Shown here in pieces: positions 51,834 through 62,980 of a DNA stretch of 64,000 nt. Within the stretch, counting starts at the first letter, position 1; every line of letters starts with the position of its first letter. The position numbers were made by a program, and so were the translations under genes. The notes beneath the pieces were generated by a model. It did no database searches and was not told the origin of the DNA. It saw only the letters and a program-made list of their open reading frames with translations. The stretch is from Candidatus Marinacidobacterales bacterium (lineage in GTDB: Bacteria; Acidobacteriota; Vicinamibacteria; Marinacidobacterales; DATDRI01): NCBI GenBank assembly GCA_965226495.1, contig OZ245365.1, positions 1,856,001 to 1,920,000 of the forward strand, written 5' to 3'.

Positions 51834-52571
51834 TTACGCCGCTTCCCGCCACTCGTATCGGTGGTGCAGTCCGCCGACGCGCGGCAGCGCCACAACCTTC
51901 GCGTTGGGTGACGGTCTTGGGGTGACCGGTCTTCTTTCTGGCGTGTCTTTGTCGAGCCCCAGGTGACAACGGTCTTCATGGTAGTAAGCGGTGTACGAGC
52001 GCACGAGTCGGACGAGATGCCGCTCGCCGAAGATGAACACGTGCTCGAGGAGCTCGCGTCGACAACAGCCGATCCAACGCTCGGCGGTTCCGTTCTGCCA
52101 CGGGCTGCGATACGAAATGCGAACAGGCTTTGTGCCCATGGCCCGTATGAACTCGCCCACCCCAGAGCTGAAGATCGAGTCGCGGTCGAAGATGAGATAT
52201 CCAGGCGCGGTTTCGTAAGGAAACGCGTCGCGCAGTTGCTGGATCACCCAGGCGGGCGTCGGATTGAATGTGGCGTTGAAGTGAACGATGTGGCGGCGAC
52301 CATGCTCGATGACGAAGAAACCGTATAGGAGCCGGAGCGACGCGGTCGGTACGGTGAACAGGTCCATCGCAGCAATGTCGTCCTTGTTGTTACGTAGAAA
52401 CGCCACCCATCGCTTCAGCTGGTCAGGCTCCGCAGACCGCCGCGGCAGATATCGCGATACTGTCACCTCGGACACGATGAACCCGAGCTTAGCGAGCTCG
52501 GCATGGATGCGCGTCGCGCCCCAGCCATCCTGAGCCATGGTCCGGATCAGCTGACGAATCTGGGCGTCCAC
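51834..52571 (-). mobile_element. Integrase-core (DDE) transposase, 5' part broken
   Basis: MDLFTV, IFDRDSIF, QNGTAERWIG, GGLHHRY. Confidence 0.82.
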
Positions 52572-53171
52572 GCGCGGCCGTCCGGGATGACGTTGCTGAG
52601 AAATCTTCGCCCAGCCCGGCCACGACTCCCGAAGAGCGACCCAGAACGCTCGGTCCGTATCATCGAGCGGCCGGCCGAGGACGCTCCTTCTTCAGTGCCG
52701 TGACTTGCTGCCGAAGAGCCAGATTCTCAAGCACGAGGTCCGCGCGGCGACGGCATATCGCGCGAATTACATGCGCACCAATGGAAACGAGGAAAGTGAC
52801 AACGCGGAGCATAGCGGCGGAGTTTGCCCTTCCGGGGCCGGGATCTCAAGCGACCGAGGGTCGTTAGGCGACTCGAAGCCGAGGCTCGTAAGTGTCTGAT
52901 TTTAGGAGCCGACGAGTTTTGACGAGAGACAGGACTCGCCACTCACGCAGGCCCATCGGGAGAACCGATGGGCGAAACCGTCGAGGCGAGTTCCAGCGAA
53001 GATTTCTCGTCCAAATTACGCGAACGCTGATTGGCGCGCGGCGGAGCCAACCTAGCCCGGACTAGCTTCTAATAAACGAGACCCAATAGCGCGCTGCAAA
53101 AATGTTCCAAATGCGAGGCGCGCTAGATTCCTCCGTTTTTTACTAATGAGGTTGGCGACGCAAGCGACCGT

Positions 53172-54674
53172 TCAGGTCAGCGTGCCAGACCTTTCGGCGT
53201 CCTGGTCGAGCGGAAAGATCGGCCTCGGCACGTTCCGGTACGGTAGGCGTTCATAGTGCACCGTGCAAAGGGCGCCACTATCGCAGACGATGACGCGGCC
53301 GGCGATGGGTTCAAAAGCGGCGCGGAAATGCTGCATCGATTTGAGCGCGATGACGTGTTTGCGTTCGGGCTCGATACCGAACGATTTGAACTGTTGCAGG
53401 TCGAGCATCTGCTGGGCAATCGTGACGACCAGGATATCGATTCCCTCAACGCGCACGACGGCGCTGGGGCCATAGGAGCGATGCAGCCCGCCAAGGATGG
53501 GTCCGTCCCCGACGAAGTGGCCGTCGCTGATCGAGAGCAATTCAGCTTCGAGCGTCAACGGGCCACCACCAAACTCGGCATCGGTCTTACCGCCGAGAAC
53601 GATATCAACGCGCTCACCGAGCTCAACGCGGTGAAGCGCCTGAACTGCCTCGCCGTCGACCATCGGCCCAAAGCAGGCGTCGGTTACGCCTGCCGTGAGG
53701 AGTGCGCCAAGCAGCGCGGTCGAGTCGCCGTAGCCGCCCGCGCCCGGATTGTCGGCATAGTCGGCGATCACGAGTGGACCGCTTTGAGGATCGAACTCGG
53801 CGGCGAGGGCGGCGGCAGCCTCAACGGTGAGGTATTCATTTAGCGCTTCATGACGCCGCGCCCAAATGTCGTCGGCCAGCGTTTCAGCGAAGGCAATGTG
53901 CGCGTCGAGATCGCCCTGGCCGGTGACGAGAACGGTGGGCCCGACATCGGCGACATCGGTGCTGGCAAAGCCTGCGTTGACACTAACGGCGAACACGTCG
54001 GCTTGCCCTTCGTAGTCTCTGGCTGACGCCAGGCGAGCGATCATCGGGCCGACATCGGTGCGCCCGCCATTCGTTTCCTCGAGCATCGGGAGGCAGACGC
54101 GGATCGTTTGCGGCCTGATCTCGCCTGCCATCGCCCGTTGCAGGATCGCACCCGCCCGGCGTCCGGTTTCGCGCATATCGATATGGGGATACGTCCGGAA
54201 GGCAACAATGATATCGGCCAGCTCGCACATTTGCTGACTAACATTCGCATGCGGGTCGAGGGTGATGGCAATCGGGGTCTTGCCGCTGAGTGAGGCTCGA
54301 ATGCGGCGCAAGATTTCGCCGTCACCGTCCTCGCAGAAATCAAGGACCATCGCGCCATGTAGGCCGAGGAGAATACCATCGAACCCGCCACGCTCGGCAG
54401 CGGCGACGATCGGATCGCAAAACCATTCGAACGCCGCGCGCTCGACTTTGGCGCTCGGCCCCGCCGCCGCGCTGAGGACATGTTCGATTTGCCAGCCATG
54501 CGCCCGGCCAGCGTCAAGGAAACCGGCGAGCTCGGTATTGGCCTCGCTTCGTGCGGCGATAGCCTCGTCTCCGATCAAGACATAACGGTCCTTGAATGCC
54601 TGTGCACCGGTCGCACGGCGACTGAAGGTGTTGGTCTCGTGCGAGAGTTCTGCGCTAAGGACCCGGAATGTCAT
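53172..54674 (-). CDS. M81-family metallopeptidase (MlrC-like)
   Basis: HETNTF, LHGAM, LDPHAN, YPHID, DNPGAG, KSMQHF. Confidence 0.9.
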   Translation of the reverse strand: MTFRVLSAELSHETNTFSRRATGAQAFKDRYVLIGDEAIAARSEANTELAGFLDAGRAHGWQIEHVLSAAAGPSAKVERAAFEWFCDPIVAAAERGGFDGILLGLHGAMVLDFCEDGDGEILRRIRASLSGKTPIAITLDPHANVSQQMCELADIIVAFRTYPHIDMRETGRRAGAILQRAMAGEIRPQTIRVCLPMLEETNGGRTDVGPMIARLASARDYEGQADVFAVSVNAGFASTDVADVGPTVLVTGQGDLDAHIAFAETLADDIWARRHEALNEYLTVEAAAALAAEFDPQSGPLVIADYADNPGAGGYGDSTALLGALLTAGVTDACFGPMVDGEAVQALHRVELGERVDIVLGGKTDAEFGGGPLTLEAELLSISDGHFVGDGPILGGLHRSYGPSAVVRVEGIDILVVTIAQQMLDLQQFKSFGIEPERKHVIALKSMQHFRAAFEPIAGRVIVCDSGALCTVHYERLPYRNVPRPIFPLDQDAERSGTLT

Positions 54675-54929
54675 CACACAGTTCCGTCCGGTAGCGCCGC
54701 TTCGCATGGCTCCGTCTTGAAATAATCGTGCGACACCGGCATGGCGTTACTTTCATCCTGAGCTCTGGATTGGTGAGGTTCGTCGATGAGCGGCCTCAGC
54801 TCGACTAGCTAGCTAGTCTACCCGCTTTCGACGCTCAGATCGATTCTGTTTCACGATCATCGGTTGAATATCGAACCGATCGACGTCTTCGGACGACGCT
54901 GTGATCAGCACCCAATGCATCTGTGGATG

Positions 54930-56037
54930 GGCGTTGGTGCACGAATCGCTCTTGACTCCGGCAAGCGCTTCGACTCAGCTTCTCGATGAAGATCGAGGAG
55001 ATGAACCCATGGCGGCGCGCAAGTCCCCAGAGTGAACCGCAAATACAAGACGAAGTACCGCGTGACCAACTGGCGGGAGTACGAGCGCGGCCTCAGGAGC
55101 CGTGGCGACATCACTGTCTGGTTCAGCGAGGAGGCGGTCGAAGCTTGGACGCCACCGAAGAACGGCCGCCGCGGTGGCCAGCCGCGCTACTCGAATCTGG
55201 CAATCGTGACGGCGTTGACGTTGCGCATGGTCTTTCACCTTCCGCTCCGACAGACCGAGGGGTTCCTCGACTCGTTGTTGCGGTTGATGGAGCTCGACCT
55301 GAAAGCGCCGGACCACACCACGCTGTCGCGGCGGAACAAAGACGTCGACGTGTCTTCGCCTACCATGGTGCATGATGGCCCGATTCAGCTGATCGTCGAT
55401 TCCACGGGACTGAAGATCTCGGGTGCCGGCGAGTGGCACGCCCACAGGCACAAGAGCTCGAAGGCGCGTCGAGTATGGCGGAAGCTGCATGTTGGCGTGG
55501 ATGACGACGGCTTCATCGTGGCGGCGAAGCTCACGAAGAGCAGCGAGGACGATCCGTCCACCGTCCCGGAGCTTCTGGAACAGGTCGACTCTCCAATCCA
55601 GCGCTTCACGGCCGATGGAGCCTACGATACGCGCTCAGTGTACGAGTTGCTCGGCGAGGTCGGCACCGCGGATATCAAGATCGTGATCCCACCTCGACGA
55701 GGGGCGGTGCCTTCGGGCTGCGCCGAGGGCACGTGGGCGCAGGGGAACGCGACCCTCGAGACGATTCGCAAAGTCGGGCGCCAAGGCTGGCAGCGGGAGT
55801 CACGGTATCGCCGACAGGGTGCAGTCGAGAATCTTTTCTTCAGGTACAAGCGGACGCTCGGAGACAGCCTTCGCGCGTGCGGCTACGAATCGCAGAAGCG
55901 GGAGGCAAGGATCCGGTGCAACGTATTGAACCGGATGGCTCAGCTGGGCAAGCCTGAGTCCCAAGCGATCGGCGGGGAGTAAGTCGGGCCGCCAAAAGGT
56001 TCCGTGCGTGTCCCGAACTGATTCATGCACCAACGCC
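54930..56037 (+). mobile_element. IS5-family (IS903-like) element, transposase 55032-55982
   Basis: IRs GGCGTTGGTGCACGAATC / GATTCATGCACCAACGCC (17/18); NWREYE..RGD, VDSTG, ADGAYD. Confidence 0.93.
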
Positions 56038-56139
56038 GTACAACTAACCTAGTACGGCAACGATAACAGACCCAAGGGATAAGCGGGCGAAGAAGTCGTG
56101 AATCGTAACCAATAGTGCACACCTTTGAATCGAGTCCGG

Positions 56140-56958
56140 TTAGCGAAGCGGCGTGCCGATTCGAGATCGGTCGCTCGCCCAGTAGACGTAAAGCACTCGC
56201 CCGAGTAGGTTATCGACTGGTAATGGACCCCAAAACCGGCTATCGAGACTGTTATCGCGGTTGTCCCCCATAACGAAATAATGCCCTCGTGGAACAACCA
56301 CCGCCGGCATGTTGTCACGCCGGGCGTCCGCAAAGACCGCGGTAGACTCAGACAAATAGGCGTAGGGTTCCTCGAGCGGCTCATCGTTGACGAATACCTG
56401 TCGATCAACGATCCGTAGCGTCTCACCGGGGAGACCGACGACACGGTGCATGAAATCGCGACTTGGATCTAGTGGATACTCGTAGACGACGAGCTCGCCG
56501 CGCTCCGGCGCTCGCGTTTGGTAAACGCCAAACCGAACCATAACGCGGTCTCCCGAGTGAATCGTAGGTTGCATGGATCCGGATGAAAAACGGTAGCTCT
56601 TGTAGATCTTGGCGGGCGACAGGCTGTACGACGCTATGAACGCCACGCCGATCACGACGAGGTACACGTACCACCGATTGTAGGCCCTTAACTTGTAACT
56701 GCGCTTGCGGCGCGCCTGCACGACGGCGTCGACAATCGCGTAGCCAGCCACGAAGAGCGCGCAAAGCAAGATCGCAATGCTAAGGACGAAACCCATGAAG
56801 GTCTCGCGAAGCCCACTCCGCGAGGCGGTGATCCAAAGACTCCACACCGCGGAAAAAAATATCAGTCCCTTCAGCGGCTCACCGTTGTAGAGCTGACCGA
56901 GGCCCGACGTGCCGAAGGAAAGTATGGCCGCGAGGATCGGCCGGCGTCGGCGAGTCAT
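56140..56958 (-). CDS. lepB: Signal peptidase I paralog with extra N-terminal TM region
   Basis: SGSMQPT, FMHRVVGLPGE (His at the usual Lys position), GDNRDNSLDSRFWG. Confidence 0.85.
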   Translation of the reverse strand: MTRRRRPILAAILSFGTSGLGQLYNGEPLKGLIFFSAVWSLWITASRSGLRETFMGFVLSIAILLCALFVAGYAIVDAVVQARRKRSYKLRAYNRWYVYLVVIGVAFIASYSLSPAKIYKSYRFSSGSMQPTIHSGDRVMVRFGVYQTRAPERGELVVYEYPLDPSRDFMHRVVGLPGETLRIVDRQVFVNDEPLEEPYAYLSESTAVFADARRDNMPAVVVPRGHYFVMGDNRDNSLDSRFWGPLPVDNLLGRVLYVYWASDRSRIGTPLR

Positions 56959-57000
56959 GCCTTCGGTCCTCGATGTCTCAATCGGAAAATATTGGCGCAA

Positions 57001-57795
57001 AAAAGGATAGGAAATTTCATACGTGTCCGTCCCCGGTCCGCTCGAAATTTCCCCGCTGGGAAGGGGCTGTGCCGTCCGAGTGAGTCCTGGTGAGGGTAGC
57101 AGAGCTCGAGCAATCAGGGCAAGGCGGTTGAGAGGTGTCTCCCGCCGGGGGGATGGAAGTGAAGAAACACTCCGAGCGTTCTCGTGTCGGGGTATTCGGA
57201 CAAGTGGGTTTTTCGGAAGTCAGTGGCTAGGGCTCGGGTGGCGAGCGCGAGTCGCTTTTTCTTATTTCGAGATGAGCCAAAATTTTCCGAATCACCTTGT
57301 GCTCGGTAATGAAGGCGATGACGCGATAGGTACCCCCGCAGTCGCACCGGAGAGGGTCGGTCTGATGAACGCGCCTGATGAGCTTGATGAGCTGTGCCCA
57401 TCTTTTTCTGAGCGCGGCGCGCTTTTTTGGAGGACAGCTTCGGCTCAGAGTCGGCTTTGGGGTTTTGTTGTCCGGTGAGCGATTGCAGGGGGCGGTTTTT
57501 CCTTTTTCGAAAGGCGCGCGCTCTCGAGGAGTAGGCGCCCATGTAGTGGACGCCGTGTTGGCGAGGCTTGGGGATTTGGGTGAGGACTCGGGCCAGAAAC
57601 TCGAAGACATCGAGGGTCTCGCCTTGCGGATGAGAAGCGAGGGGGGTCGTCATGTGAGCCTTTCGCTTCATAGAAGAGCGTCTTTGCGCCCGGTGTCCAG
57701 TGAATGCGAGACAGGCTGAGGGGGCAGCGAAGTAGGTCCGGCAGAGGCGCTCGAGCCCTTCGGTGTTCTGAGGCCAAACGGTCACGGATGTGTCG
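57001..57795 (-). mobile_element. Truncated IS91/ISCR-like copy (3' part of transposase plus oriIS)
   Basis: Near-identical to 58603-59397 with extra indels; homology stops at GATGTGTCG 57795. Confidence 0.85.
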
Positions 57796-58003
57796 CTCGT
57801 CCCTTTACCGGGCAGGGTTGATGTGCGGCTTCCTCGCCGCCCCGCCGGGTCCGATCAGGAGGGTTTCCGTCACGATGGCTCTACATCATGCTTCCCCCCT
57901 CCCAGGACTTTCCCTGGCGCAATGAGACCTGACCCCCGGCCCGGTGTCCCCCCATTCTCGGCGTAGGCGCGACCCTCTGCAGCGTGCGGCGGCCCTCGCC
58001 CCA

Positions 58004-58474
58004 CTACCAGACGAAAAACGCGCCGCCATCTAGGAACGCGACCAGCTTTCGAACGAACTCCTCGTGCAGCTCAAGTCCCCCGCTTGCCTCTTCGTCACTG
58101 AGCCACTCACCCGTATCTTGGAAGAAGAAATCCTTGATGCTCTGGCTCAGCTTGCGTACAACCTCAGCTTCCTTCTCCTGCCTCCGCGGATCGGCAAGCG
58201 CCCGCCGCAAGGCTTTCGCAAGTTCGATAGCATCAGTCTGGGTGACTTCTTGGCCATCGTTTGTATTGTAGCCTCCATTCCACCGCCGCCTCGACCGACC
58301 CCGTGGCGCCGTGGTACCAAGGGGCGTCCATCCGTACTCCCTTGCAAGAGCCTGATAGAAATCCCATGGTCCACCTCGAATGTTCAGGGCGTCCCCTTGT
58401 CGCCTCTTGAAATCAAAGCTCACGGTCGTGTCGTCACGAAGGCACGTTTCACTCTTTAGACTCGCTCTCGACAA
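58004..58474 (-). CDS. Hypothetical protein
   Basis: 156-aa ORF with AREYGW.PLGT..YNTNDGQ.V...DA; no family recognised. Confidence 0.55.
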   Translation of the reverse strand: MSRASLKSETCLRDDTTVSFDFKRRQGDALNIRGGPWDFYQALAREYGWTPLGTTAPRGRSRRRWNGGYNTNDGQEVTQTDAIELAKALRRALADPRRQEKEAEVVRKLSQSIKDFFFQDTGEWLSDEEASGGLELHEEFVRKLVAFLDGGAFFVW

Positions 58475-58602
58475 GCGATTCTTCCGTCACGACCTCCATC
58501 GATCCCGCGGGCTCATCGTCCTCACCGAAGTCAATCTCCTCGCCAGCCTTGAGCTTCTGATGGATGGCAAACTCCTCGTCCGTTAGTTCCACGTCGCTCT
58601 CG

Positions 58603-59850
58603 AAAAGGATAGGAAATTTCATACGTGTCCGTCCCCGGTCCGCTCGAAATTTCCCCGCTGGGAAGGGGCTGTGCCGTCCGAGTGAGTCCTGGTGAGGGTA
58701 GCAGAGCTCGAGCAATCAGGGCAAGGCGGTTGAGAGGTGTCTCCCGCCGGGGGGATGGAAGTGAAGAGACACTCCGGGCGTTCTCGTGTCGGGGTATTCG
58801 GACAAGTGGGTTTTTCGGAAGTCAGTGGCTAGAGCTAGGGTGGCGAGCGCGAGTCGCTTTTTCTTATTTCGAGATGAGCTAAGATTTTCCGAATCACCTT
58901 GTGCTCGGTAATGAAGGCGATGACGCGATAGGTGCCTCCGCAGTCGCACCGGAGAGGGTCGGTCTGATGAACGCGCCTGATGAGCTTGATGAGCTGTGCC
59001 CATCTTTTTCTGAGCGCGGCGCGCTTTTTGGAGGACAGTTTCGGCTCAGAGTCGGCTTTGGGGTTTTGTCGTCCGGTGAGCGATTGCAGGGGGCGGTTTT
59101 TCCTTTTTCGAAAGGCGCGCGCTCTCGAAGAGTAGGCGCCCATGTAGTGGACGCCGTGTTGGCGAGGCTTGGGGATTTGGGTGAGGACTCGGGCCAGAAA
59201 CTCGAAGACATCGAGGGTCTCGCCTTGCGGATGAGAAGCGAGGGGGTCGTCATGTGAGCCTTTCGCTTCATAGAAGAGCGTCTTTGCGCCCGGTGTCCAG
59301 TGAATGCGAGACAGGCTGAGGGGGCAGCGAAGTAGGTACCGGCAGAGCCGCTCGAGCCCTTCGGTGTTCTGAGGCCAAACGGTGACGGATGTGTCGACGG
59401 AAAAGCCGCTATGTCGAAACGAATTGAGTAGCTCGATGCGTTCGTCACTCAAAAGGCCTTTGCCTTTCAGCAAATCAAGGATCTTGTGGCGAAATAACTT
59501 CTCCGCGGCGAAGGTATCGATGTAGGGGACAGGAATCCATTGTCCTTGTGCATCCCAAACCCCACGAGAAGCGAGGCAGTGGGCATGTGGATGTTGGTTC
59601 AGAACACTCCCAAACGTCTGTGGGACCACAACGACTCCGGGACGGGCGTGAGGATCGCCGAGACGGCTTCGAGCATCAACTCCTTGATGGTCTCATAAGC
59701 AAGGCGGGCCAGATCCCGCAGAAGCTCTCGCTGGCGCATGAAATAGGGTCTGAGCATCTTGGGAAGTGTAAATGTCCACAGACTATGGCCAACGTTTTCC
59801 AGCAGCTCGTCTTTAAGAAAACCAGCAAAGGCAGCGGCGCGTTTGGCGTC
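58603..59850 (-). mobile_element. IS91/ISCR-family rolling-circle transposase, 5'-truncated and frameshifted, with oriIS
   Basis: WTFTLPKMLR, QTFG..HPHAH (HUH), HSGFSVD, RY..R.P, YMGAY, C.CGG. Confidence 0.88.
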
Positions 59851-59860
59851 GCCGAAGTAG

Positions 59861-59940
59861 TCGTCTGCGGTGACGCCGGATTTCAGTTTAGCGGGTCGAA
59901 TCGAGTGCACTCAGTTGTCCTTTCAACGACATTATATTTT
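59861..59940 (-). repeat. Second copy of the aconitase-gene 5' end, RBS and -10 region
   Basis: MHSIRPAKLKSGVTADD vs MHTIQPAKLKSGVTADD; 24-bp identity 59873-59896 = 30339-30362. Confidence 0.85.
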
Positions 59941-60044
59941 CGTTAGCTTGCGCACACCACCGTCGTCGGAACGAGTTGGGAAAAACGAAGAGGACCCTCG
60001 GCCGTTGGGCGCGGCCGGGGTCCTCTCCCTCGCGACTCCCTCGT

Positions 60045-62672
60045 TCAGGGAACGAGGCGAACGGTAAGGGTGTTGGAATTGGGAAGGCCGATTGCTGCCC
60101 CGAGCAGTACGATGTGGTACATGCCGGGTTTGCTCAACTGGTAGCCGCCGCTGGCATTTAACACCACGCGAAGAGTGATCTGGGCGCCGGGCTGAAGCGG
60201 AATCGATTTCGGTGTAGCGGCATTGGTTGTCGGGTGCGGAGTGGCTTTCCAGCTCGTGTCGGCGACTTGGAATCGTGCCGTTCCGTCGATGGCGGATAGC
60301 CCGACGGGAACCTGGATCGTTTGGCTGGTGAGATTCGATATGGTGACCAGGATCTCGATCGGTTCTCCGACCCGGTAAGTCGTGCGGGCCGTCTCGATGC
60401 GGCAGGCCAAAATCCCTTTCTCGTCCCGGTCGTTCAGCGCGAAGCGGTCGCGCTCCTTCCGAGGCTGGCTTCCTTCCGTTACTCCCTCTCCCTCTGGGAG
60501 AGGGTGGGGTGAGGGAAACCGGACCGCCGACTCTCCGGGTCTGTTCCGCGCCGTGCGCGGCTGGCTTAACGAGGAGGCGTCGGGAGGTTCCTCTTCCAGC
60601 CGGCGAGCCGGTGCGGGCGACGTGGGGAGTATGGATGCGCTAAGCCTGCCTCCCACGTAGCCTTTGGCGGCTTGCTTCAATTTCTGCTCGCGCCCGAAGA
60701 CGCCTTCGTAGCTGACGCCCGCCGGCATCTCCACCGGGACTTCCACGAGCATCGGTTGCTCGGAGCCGGTCACGAGCTGTTTCTCGACCGCGACAAAGGA
60801 CGTATAGGCGGATACCAGTCGATGAGCAAGCGCCACCTTGGTGATCTCTTCGACGAGCTCTTGTCGAGGATGCACGATGTGCTGGTCGGAGAGATCCTCG
60901 ACGCGAGCCCGTGCCCACAGAGTACCGATCGCCTTTCCTTGCTTGCGTCGATCGGGAAGGTCGACTTTGATCTTCTGCTGATAGGGCTTGCCACCCAGCC
61001 GCGCGTGAAGCGTAACCGGGCCGCGGCCTGGCTCGGTGTACCGGCCGTGCACGACAACGGGCTGACCCAGGAAGAGGTCGGGGATTCGCTGAGGATAGAT
61101 GTCGGTGACCTCGAGGCCGTTCCAGTCGATCTCGATATCGGTCAGATACGGATTTCGGATGCGTTCGTAGAATCTCTGGACCGGCGCCTCGGCGTCGTCA
61201 TTGGGGAGCACGTACTCCACGGCACCTCTTCCGAATTCCGCCATCCTGTCCAACAGGAACCGGTTCACCGAGCTCCCGACGCCGAACGAGAAAAGCCGGG
61301 TTCGACCAAGGTTTTGTTCGAGGTAAGCCAGGACCTGACCCTCATTCCCGATGTATCCGTCGGTCATGAACGAGACGATGCGGAGTCGCTCGGGATCGTC
61401 GGTGTAGTCGAGGGCGGTCTTGACGCCCTCCAACATGATCGTGCCGCCGCGACCGGAAAGGCCCTCGACATAACCCAGCCCACGCTGGACGTTCTCGCGA
61501 GTCGCCGGCATCGGCAGCGGGGCGAAGGTCTCAGCCCGGTTGGAGAAGCGGACGATCTGGAACGTGTCCTGCGGGTTCAAGTTCTCGAGGGCGTGCCGCA
61601 TGGCTTCCTTAACCTTGTCCATGGGGGATCCACTCATCGAGCCCGAGCCGTCCACCACGAAGATCATCTCCTTGGGCGTGATCTTGGTGTCTGCTGGCTG
61701 GGCCTCCGGTTGGATGAGCATCAAAAAGTAGCCGTCGCCGTCCGTTCGGTGGGGGAGGAGAACGATTTTCGGGATGTTCCCATCGACCTGGTAGCGGAGA
61801 AGGAAGTCCTTGTTGGGAATGGAATCTTCCGGCTTGAGCTCGATGATCGCTCGCTCCTTACCCTTTCGCTGGATGTCGACTTCATGGGAAGGAGACATCA
61901 ACTGCTGCAGCTTCGTGCCAGGGTCGAGCGTTACCTTCACCGAAATGTCATGTCCCGAACGCTGGCCTGGCTTGAGAACCGGGGGGGTGATGCGTGAAGC
62001 GTCCGACACGTCGGCGGTGTTAGGAGCCCAGCCTCGGTTCCCGGCTGATGTGGGCGCACCGGGGATGAATCGCGGTCCGACAACCATAGGAAACGAGAAC
62101 TCGTAGGAGCTCGATTGATAGGGGAGTGTCTCGACGTAGCGGATCTTCACTTCGACTTCATTACCCGGGAGGATGTTGGCCACCGATTGCGTGAAGAGGT
62201 TCGGTCGGTCTTGATCGAGGAGCGCGGCGACGTGCCCGGCTTTTCGCGCCGCCTCATAAGCCCGGCGAGCCTCGTCCCGTTTCTTGATGACGCCCTGGAT
62301 GGTTCGCTCTCCCACCAAGATCGTCATGTCGTCGACGGCGGCTTTGTTGGGGAGGGGGAACACATAGACTGCCTCGATTTTCTTGTCGTAAGGGTTGTGG
62401 AAGCTCTGAGTGACTTCGACTCGGGCGACGTTTCCAACGATCTCGACGCGAACGTGGGTGTGTTTGAGTGGAAAGCTCTGTACCCCCGAGCCGCCGTCGA
62501 TGACTCGCAGGTCGCCGCCCGAGATCTTGTCTGGGTCGGGTGGGGTGACCGGCGCCGTTTCGAAAGAGGCTGGGGTAGGGGCAGGTTTAGACGTCGGCTC
62601 GGCGTCCACTCCGACGCAAGCGACGGAAAAAAGAACGAAGCCGACCAGGGCTGAGCTCGAGAATGGGTTCAT
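60045..62672 (-). CDS. VIT + vWA domain (lipo)protein
   Basis: Lipobox-like SVAC; VIT (EAVYVFPLP, LFTQSVANI); MIDAS DGSGSM, FMTDG. Confidence 0.9.
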   Translation of the reverse strand: MNPFSSSALVGFVLFSVACVGVDAEPTSKPAPTPASFETAPVTPPDPDKISGGDLRVIDGGSGVQSFPLKHTHVRVEIVGNVARVEVTQSFHNPYDKKIEAVYVFPLPNKAAVDDMTILVGERTIQGVIKKRDEARRAYEAARKAGHVAALLDQDRPNLFTQSVANILPGNEVEVKIRYVETLPYQSSSYEFSFPMVVGPRFIPGAPTSAGNRGWAPNTADVSDASRITPPVLKPGQRSGHDISVKVTLDPGTKLQQLMSPSHEVDIQRKGKERAIIELKPEDSIPNKDFLLRYQVDGNIPKIVLLPHRTDGDGYFLMLIQPEAQPADTKITPKEMIFVVDGSGSMSGSPMDKVKEAMRHALENLNPQDTFQIVRFSNRAETFAPLPMPATRENVQRGLGYVEGLSGRGGTIMLEGVKTALDYTDDPERLRIVSFMTDGYIGNEGQVLAYLEQNLGRTRLFSFGVGSSVNRFLLDRMAEFGRGAVEYVLPNDDAEAPVQRFYERIRNPYLTDIEIDWNGLEVTDIYPQRIPDLFLGQPVVVHGRYTEPGRGPVTLHARLGGKPYQQKIKVDLPDRRKQGKAIGTLWARARVEDLSDQHIVHPRQELVEEITKVALAHRLVSAYTSFVAVEKQLVTGSEQPMLVEVPVEMPAGVSYEGVFGREQKLKQAAKGYVGGRLSASILPTSPAPARRLEEEPPDASSLSQPRTARNRPGESAVRFPSPHPLPEGEGVTEGSQPRKERDRFALNDRDEKGILACRIETARTTYRVGEPIEILVTISNLTSQTIQVPVGLSAIDGTARFQVADTSWKATPHPTTNAATPKSIPLQPGAQITLRVVLNASGGYQLSKPGMYHIVLLGAAIGLPNSNTLTVRLVP

Positions 62673-62980
62673 TGGTATTCCTCCTCCTTCGGTTTCGGAG
62701 GGGTTACCAGGCCGGCGAGACCTTTATTCCACTTTTTATTCGGCGTAAGTGTGGGAGAACCAGCCTTTAACGGCGAGTAGAATTTGGGCGAAACTTAATG
62801 GGGAAGGTGAGACGGAAGTCCCACCCCGGTGTTGGGGACGATTTTGGGAAGCCCCTCAAAAAGGCGCTAGACCCAGAGAATACCCTTTTGACCCAACCTA
62901 AACCTCCAATTACTTGGAGCGTATTTTCGACCGATTTTGAGGCTTTGTCAACCATTTTTTGGGGTATTTGTAGGGTCGAC

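Noticed and set aside
53172-54674. Microcystin degradation cluster
   Set aside because: Only an MlrC-like M81 peptidase; no mlrA/B/D, and the family is widespread
60672-61997. Long antisense ORFs (also 14269-15168, 16525-17466, 18992-19828, 39782-40513, 46883-47710)
   Set aside because: Shadows of well-supported opposite-strand genes in GC-rich DNA, with no recognisable motifs
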